Shown here one piece after another: positions 59,476-64,000 of a DNA stretch of 64,000 nucleotides. Made by a program: the position numbers and the translations under genes. The notes under the pieces are model-generated. The model did not search any database and was not told the DNA's origin. It worked only from the letters and a program-made list of their open reading frames with translations. Positions within the stretch are counted from its first letter, which is position 1. The number at the start of each line of letters is the position of its first letter. The DNA comes from Candidatus Multivoradales bacterium (lineage in GTDB: Bacteria; Acidobacteriota; Thermoanaerobaculia; Multivoradales; JAHEKO01), in the NCBI GenBank assembly GCA_965223855.1, contig CBDCXM010000009.1, forward strand, positions 1,248,001-1,312,000, in the 5' to 3' direction.

Positions 59476-60276
59476 TCACCGGGCGCGGGCAAGGCTCGCG
59501 CGGTCGAAGTCGCTCTCCTCGAGGCCCGACTGGAAGACGTAATCGCTCCACTCGAGCGTCGTGCTCTTGCCGGTCTGGTGATTGACCATCTCCATCCGAT
59601 CGGGGCGCCAGTAGCGGTCCAGGTACTGCTGGTAGCCGGTCTGGGTGAGGGTCTTGAGAAGCGCGTCTTTGCGATCGTAGAAGTCGACTTTGAGCACCCG
59701 GTACTCGGCGGTGTCGAGCCACACCACCTGGCGGGTATAGCCGGACTTGGGGTCGACCGGATAGCGCTCGATGACGAAGGTCGACTGGCCGTCGAGCTCT
59801 TCCTCGCGCAGGAACTTGTAGGTGTACTCCTCGACCTCCTGGGACGAGATGTCCTCGTAGGCGAACTCGCTGCCGACGAACGGGCCGGATTTGTTGGAGG
59901 AGGAGATCCGCTTCACCCGCGCCAGCGCCGGCAGGTAGAGCCACTGGTCATCGTCGCCGGTCTTGTGGCTGAAGGTCAGCAGCGCCGTGCCGGCGACATC
60001 GGCCGGCTCGTCGAAGATCGCCAGGCTCTTGTCGCCGTCGTCCTCCTGCTCGAGGATCTTGCTGCGGAGCGACCGCTCGCTCTCCTCGCCGTGGCGGTTG
60101 CGCAGGATCATCCGGAGCTCGGCAGTCGAATCGCCGAAGCCGGTGTCGCGGCGGTCGGCCTCGACGGCGATCTCGAGGCCGCGCTCCTCGGGCGTCTGGG
60201 CCGCGGCTGGTGTGACCAGCGGCAGGAGCATCAGGAGGGCCAGGGGGAGGGAGTAGAAGAGGATCGAACGTCGCAT
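59476..60276 (-). CDS. outer membrane lipoprotein-sorting protein (LolA-like)
   Basis: Start MRRSILFY; FDEPADVAGTALL, DDQWLYLPALARVKRISSSNKSGPFVGSEFAYED. Confidence 0.88.
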   Translation of the reverse strand: MRRSILFYSLPLALLMLLPLVTPAAAQTPEERGLEIAVEADRRDTGFGDSTAELRMILRNRHGEESERSLRSKILEQEDDGDKSLAIFDEPADVAGTALLTFSHKTGDDDQWLYLPALARVKRISSSNKSGPFVGSEFAYEDISSQEVEEYTYKFLREEELDGQSTFVIERYPVDPKSGYTRQVVWLDTAEYRVLKVDFYDRKDALLKTLTQTGYQQYLDRYWRPDRMEMVNHQTGKSTTLEWSDYVFQSGLEESDFDRASLARAR

Positions 60277-60329
60277 AGTGAAGGTCTCCAGGTAGGAAGA
60301 GGTCGGGAAAGTCGGGATGAGGGAGAGGG

Positions 60330-62678
60330 TCACGCTTCGGCGGCCGCCGGCAGGGGCGCCGACTGCTCGACCTCTTGCGGCTCGCGCTTGCGGTCGAGCC
60401 AGATCAGCAGCCCTGGGAGCAGCAGGAAGTCGGCGAGCAGGGCGAACAGGATGGTGACCGCCGCTAGCACCCCCATGTCGGCGTTCTGTTTGAACGTCGA
60501 CTGGGCGAGGATCAGGAAGCCGGCGACCAGCACCATGGAGGTGACCCACAGCGCCCGGCCGACGGTGGCGAAGGCGTAGCGCACCGCGTCGGGGGCGTCG
60601 AGCCCCTTCTCGCGGCGGGCTCGCAGGTACTTGCTGAGGAAGTGGACGCTGTCGTCGACGACGATCCCCATCGTCATGGCGGCGACCACCGAGACAGCGA
60701 AGCCGACCTTGCCGATGACGAGCCCCCAGGCGCCGAACGCCATGGCGGCGGGGATGAGGTTGGGGAGGAGGCTCAAGAGGCCGATCCGCCAGCTTCGCAG
60801 CGCGATCATCAGCACGATCGAGATCAGGCCGAAGGCGAAGGCGGTGCCCCAGATCATCGCCTCGATGTTGCGCAGCGTGATGCGCGAGAACATGCTCGAC
60901 GGCCCGGTGGCGCGCGCCGACATCTCCGGAGCGTTCTCGGCGAGCCACGCTTCGGCGTCGTCGGACAGGGCGAGGAAGCTCTGTGTCTCCATGTCGCCGA
61001 CGGTGGCGATCAGGCGCGTCGAGCTCTTGTCGACGTTGATCTGGTTGTTGAGGTCGAGGCCGTAGGGGAGCGACATCTCGTAGAGCAGCAGGTATTGAGC
61101 CGCCAGGTCGCGCTCGGTCGGCAGCGTGTAGTAGGCCGGATCGTCGCCGTGCAGGTTCATGTTGAGCCGCCGGATGGTGTCCGAGAGGCTCGAGACGTGC
61201 ACCACGTCGGGGTTGGCGCGAAACCACTCGGTGAAGGCGTCGAGCTTGGCGAGGTACTCCGGATCGGCGATGCCGCCCGGCTCGCCCGCCGGCAGCGAGA
61301 ACTGGAGGCTGTAGAGGCCGGTCAGGTTCTCGAGCATGTAGTCGCTGTCGCGCCGGAACTCGATCGACTCGTCGAAGTAGCTCACCCAGCGGTCGCTGAT
61401 CTCGTTGCTGGGGAGGAAGGCGACGGTGGCGACGATCACGACGACCATCGTCCACAGGAGCTGCCGGTGGCGAGCGACTACCCAGTCGCCGAAGCGCTCG
61501 AAGACCGTCCGGCCGCTCGACGCCTCGCGTGCCTTGACGCGCACCGGGAGCACCGACATCAGCGCCGGCAGGAACGACACGGAGAAGACGAACGCGGCGG
61601 CCACGCCGAGGGCGGTGATGTTGCCGAGCCGGTTGAGCGGCGGCGAGTCGCTGAAGTTGAGGGAGAGGAAGCCGATCCCCGTGGTGAGGCTGGTCAGGAA
61701 CACCGGCACCATGTTGATGCGCAGTGACTCCCTGATCGCCGAGAGCTTGTCGCGCCCGCCGCGCATCTCGGTGAACATGGTCACCAGCACGTGGATCGCG
61801 TCGGCGATCGCCATCGTCAGGATCATCGTCGCCGACTGCGCCGAGACCGGTTCGAGCCGCGTGCCGAGCCAGCCGGCGACCCCGAGCCCGGTGGCCGACG
61901 AGAAGCCGATCACCAGCACCGTGGCGAAGGTGCCGGAGACCGAACGCAGCAGCAGGATCATGGCGCCGATCAGCACGAGATACATGATGGGAATCAGCCT
62001 CTGCATGTCGCCCATGCCCGCCTCCACGAACGCCGAGTTGAGCATCACGACGCCGGAGAGCCTGACGTCGACGTGGGGGTACGCCTCTTCGATCGCGGCG
62101 GCGATCTCGCGACTGGTGCCGACCGGGCCGGCGAGTTCGTTCGGATCCTCGCCGGTCAGCTGCAGGGTGACGTTGACCCCGGTGACGGCGCCGGAGGAGG
62201 AGATCAGCCGGTCGGCGATCTCCGGCCGGTCGTAGACGATCTCGCGCACTTCGGCGATCTCGTCGGCGGAGAGGTTTTCCGCCCCGAAGACGAGGTCTTC
62301 GACGATCAGATCGTCCTCCTCCGCGCGCGAGTGCTGGAAGTTGGTGATCGAGTCGACACGCGTCGAGGCGGGGATCTGCCAGGCGCGCTCGGTCAGGTCC
62401 TCGATCACCGCCAGGGTGTGTGGGGTGAAGACGTCGCCGTCTTCTGGGGTGACGATGAAGACGATGTTGTCGTTCTTGGTGTAGATGTTCTGCACCGCCT
62501 CGAAGTTCGCCAGCTCCGGGTTGCCGGGGCCGAAGAACACCCGGTAGTTGGTGGCGAACACGAGGTTCTTCATACCGGCGCCGAGGGCGCCGACGATCAG
62601 CACGGTGACGACGATCACCGCCCAGCGCCATCGCAGCAGCGTCTCGGCGTAACGTGCGATCCATCTGTCTCCACTCAT
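60330..62678 (-). CDS. MMPL/RND-family transporter
   Basis: Two TM bundles with periplasmic loops; TSLTTGIGFLSL, GIVVDDSVHF, ADFLLLPGLL. Confidence 0.92.
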   Translation of the reverse strand: MSGDRWIARYAETLLRWRWAVIVVTVLIVGALGAGMKNLVFATNYRVFFGPGNPELANFEAVQNIYTKNDNIVFIVTPEDGDVFTPHTLAVIEDLTERAWQIPASTRVDSITNFQHSRAEEDDLIVEDLVFGAENLSADEIAEVREIVYDRPEIADRLISSSGAVTGVNVTLQLTGEDPNELAGPVGTSREIAAAIEEAYPHVDVRLSGVVMLNSAFVEAGMGDMQRLIPIMYLVLIGAMILLLRSVSGTFATVLVIGFSSATGLGVAGWLGTRLEPVSAQSATMILTMAIADAIHVLVTMFTEMRGGRDKLSAIRESLRINMVPVFLTSLTTGIGFLSLNFSDSPPLNRLGNITALGVAAAFVFSVSFLPALMSVLPVRVKAREASSGRTVFERFGDWVVARHRQLLWTMVVVIVATVAFLPSNEISDRWVSYFDESIEFRRDSDYMLENLTGLYSLQFSLPAGEPGGIADPEYLAKLDAFTEWFRANPDVVHVSSLSDTIRRLNMNLHGDDPAYYTLPTERDLAAQYLLLYEMSLPYGLDLNNQINVDKSSTRLIATVGDMETQSFLALSDDAEAWLAENAPEMSARATGPSSMFSRITLRNIEAMIWGTAFAFGLISIVLMIALRSWRIGLLSLLPNLIPAAMAFGAWGLVIGKVGFAVSVVAAMTMGIVVDDSVHFLSKYLRARREKGLDAPDAVRYAFATVGRALWVTSMVLVAGFLILAQSTFKQNADMGVLAAVTILFALLADFLLLPGLLIWLDRKREPQEVEQSAPLPAAAEA

Positions 62679-62775
62679 CGGGGTCTCTCCTTGGGTTGCG
62701 CCGGTCGCGGCGCGGGGCTCATGGCTGTGGCGATTCGGCTGCGCGAGTCGGGTTTGGGGGTTCGGGCGTGTCGCC

Positions 62776-63421
62776 TCAGAGTGCGGGGCGCAGCGTTTCG
62801 AGATAGGCGGTCAGCGCCTCGCGGCACTGCTCGATGACCGACAGGTCGCGGGTCGTCTTGGCGAGGCCTACCGTGCCCTCGAAGCCGGCGACGAGGAAGG
62901 TCGCGGCAGCCTCGGGGGAGATGTCGGCACGCACGGTGCCGGCCTCCTGGCCGCGGCGCAGGGCGGTGCGGATCCCCTGGCGCCAGTCCGCTGAAGATCC
63001 GGGCGAGCGCCTCGCGGAACGGCTCGTCGACGGAGGACATCTCCTGCGCCAGGTTGTTGAGCGGGCAGCCGATGCAGATCATCTCCGGCGTCGCCTCCCG
63101 GCATGCCATGTCGAGGATCGCCTGCAGGGCGGCGATCGGGTCGTCACTCCCCGCCAGCGGGTCGAGAAACCGGTCGACGACCTTGCCGCGGATCGACTCC
63201 TCGAGCACCGCGAGGCCGAGGGCGTGCTTGCTGCCGAAGTGGTGGTAGAGCGCCCCCTTGGTGACCCCCGCCTCGCCGAGGATGGCGTCGAGGCTCGCCG
63301 AGCGGAAGCCGCTGCGGTGGATCTCCTCGCGAGCGGCCTCGAGGATCGCCTCGCGGGTGCCTTCCGGATCCTTCTTCCGGGTGACTGGGGAGGGTGCAGG
63401 AGCGGTGTCTGCCGTTTCCAT
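62776..63421 (-). CDS. TetR-family regulator (apparent +1 indel near 62988)
   Basis: TREAILEAA..GVTKGALYHHFGSK, GCPLNNLAQE; removing one base gives DWRQGIRTALRRGQEAG..YLETLRPAL-stop. Confidence 0.88.
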
Positions 63422-63457
63422 ACCGACCAGTATGTATGTTTCGTCGAAAGCTGTCAA
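63419..63457 (-). promoter_or_regulatory. sigma-70 leaderless promoter of tetR with overlapping palindromic operator
   Basis: TTGACA-N17-CATACT-N7-ATG; CATAC-cgacca-GTATG palindrome at 63419-63434. Confidence 0.75.
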
Positions 63458-63475
63458 CCCCTTTAGAGTGAGACC

Positions 63476-64000
63476 GTGAAAGTCCTCGCCTTTGAGCCCT
63501 ACTACGGCGGCAGCCATCGCAGCTTCGTCGACGGCTGGCGCGAGCGCTCGCGCCACGGGTGGAAGCTGTGGACGCTGCCGCCGCGCAAGTGGAAGTGGCG
63601 CATGCGCCACAGCGCGCTCACCTGGGCGGCACAGGCCCAGGAAGCGGTGGACGCCGGCCGGCGGTGGGATGTCGTCTGGTGCTCCGACATGCTCAACCTC
63701 GCCGAGTTCCGGTCGCTGGCGCCGCCGTCGGTGGGGCGGCTGCCGGCGGTGGTCTACTTCCACGAGAACCAGCTCACTTACCCGGTCCGCTTCGAGAAGG
63801 AGCGCGACTACCAGTTCGGGCTCACCAACATCACCTCCGCTCTCGCGGCCGACGAGGCGTGGTTCAACTCCGCCTTTCACCGCGACGAGTTCCTGGCGGC
63901 GATCCCGGCCTTCCTGAAGCGAATGCCCGACCACCGGCCGCTCGAGGTGGTGGAGAAGATCGCCGCACGCTCGCGGGTGCTGCCGCCGGCGGTGGAGCCG
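63476..64000 (+). CDS. DUF3524 / GTDC1 (QTMAN)-like glycosyltransferase, 5' part
   Basis: Not in the ORF track. VKVLAFEPYYGGSHRSF..TLPPRKWKWRMRHSA..SDMLNLAEF..YFHENQLTYP..FNSAFHRDEFL; TAGAGT lies 6 nt before the GTG. Confidence 0.88.
   Translation, partial: MKVLAFEPYYGGSHRSFVDGWRERSRHGWKLWTLPPRKWKWRMRHSALTWAAQAQEAVDAGRRWDVVWCSDMLNLAEFRSLAPPSVGRLPAVVYFHENQLTYPVRFEKERDYQFGLTNITSALAADEAWFNSAFHRDEFLAAIPAFLKRMPDHRPLEVVEKIAARSRVLPPAVEP

Noticed and set aside
59476-62664. 1062-aa ORF overlapping the MMPL gene
   Set aside because: Arg/Pro-rich off-frame shadow; only 59476..60276 is a real gene.

Overview
High-GC bacterial chromosome segment. Gene content and the recurrent C-terminal FxDGFESGDTSAW motif suggest Acidobacteriota/Thermoanaerobaculia (inference). 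Several single-base indels in short G/C runs suggest long-read assembly errors. The core part carries FG-GAP proteins, PLP enzymes, a MoxR-DUF58-BatA/B/C-like operon, an M36 metallopeptidase, an FHA-GGDEF protein, two ECF sigma/anti-sigma modules, PadR-HAAS, thiG, a deoxynucleoside kinase, futalosine-pathway genes (mqnE, mqnP/ubiA), tRNA-Arg(ACG), a TetR-MMPL-LolA-like-beta-barrel operon and a DUF3524/QTMAN-like glycosyltransferase. Three accessory blocks are visible. (1) A ~3.8 kb islet lies between tRNA-Arg and a degenerate copy of its 3' end. (2) A ~10.5 kb tyrosine-integrase island is inserted inside the first codons of mqnP/ubiA (38-bp direct repeat; displaced native start at 54337) and carries a decayed integrase, a Lamassu (ABC-three-component) defence system and two extra PD-(D/E)xK nucleases. 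(3) An adjacent three-gene operon encodes a multi-TM HerA-type ATPase, a small Cys-rich GxxxG-repeat protein and a protein with two tandem HEPN (RxxxxH) domains; this is the best candidate here for an undescribed anti-phage system. Four secreted proteins of three different fold types also share the FxDGFESGDTSAW tag, which may be an uncharacterised sorting or docking signal. All family calls come from motif recognition by eye; no database searches were run.
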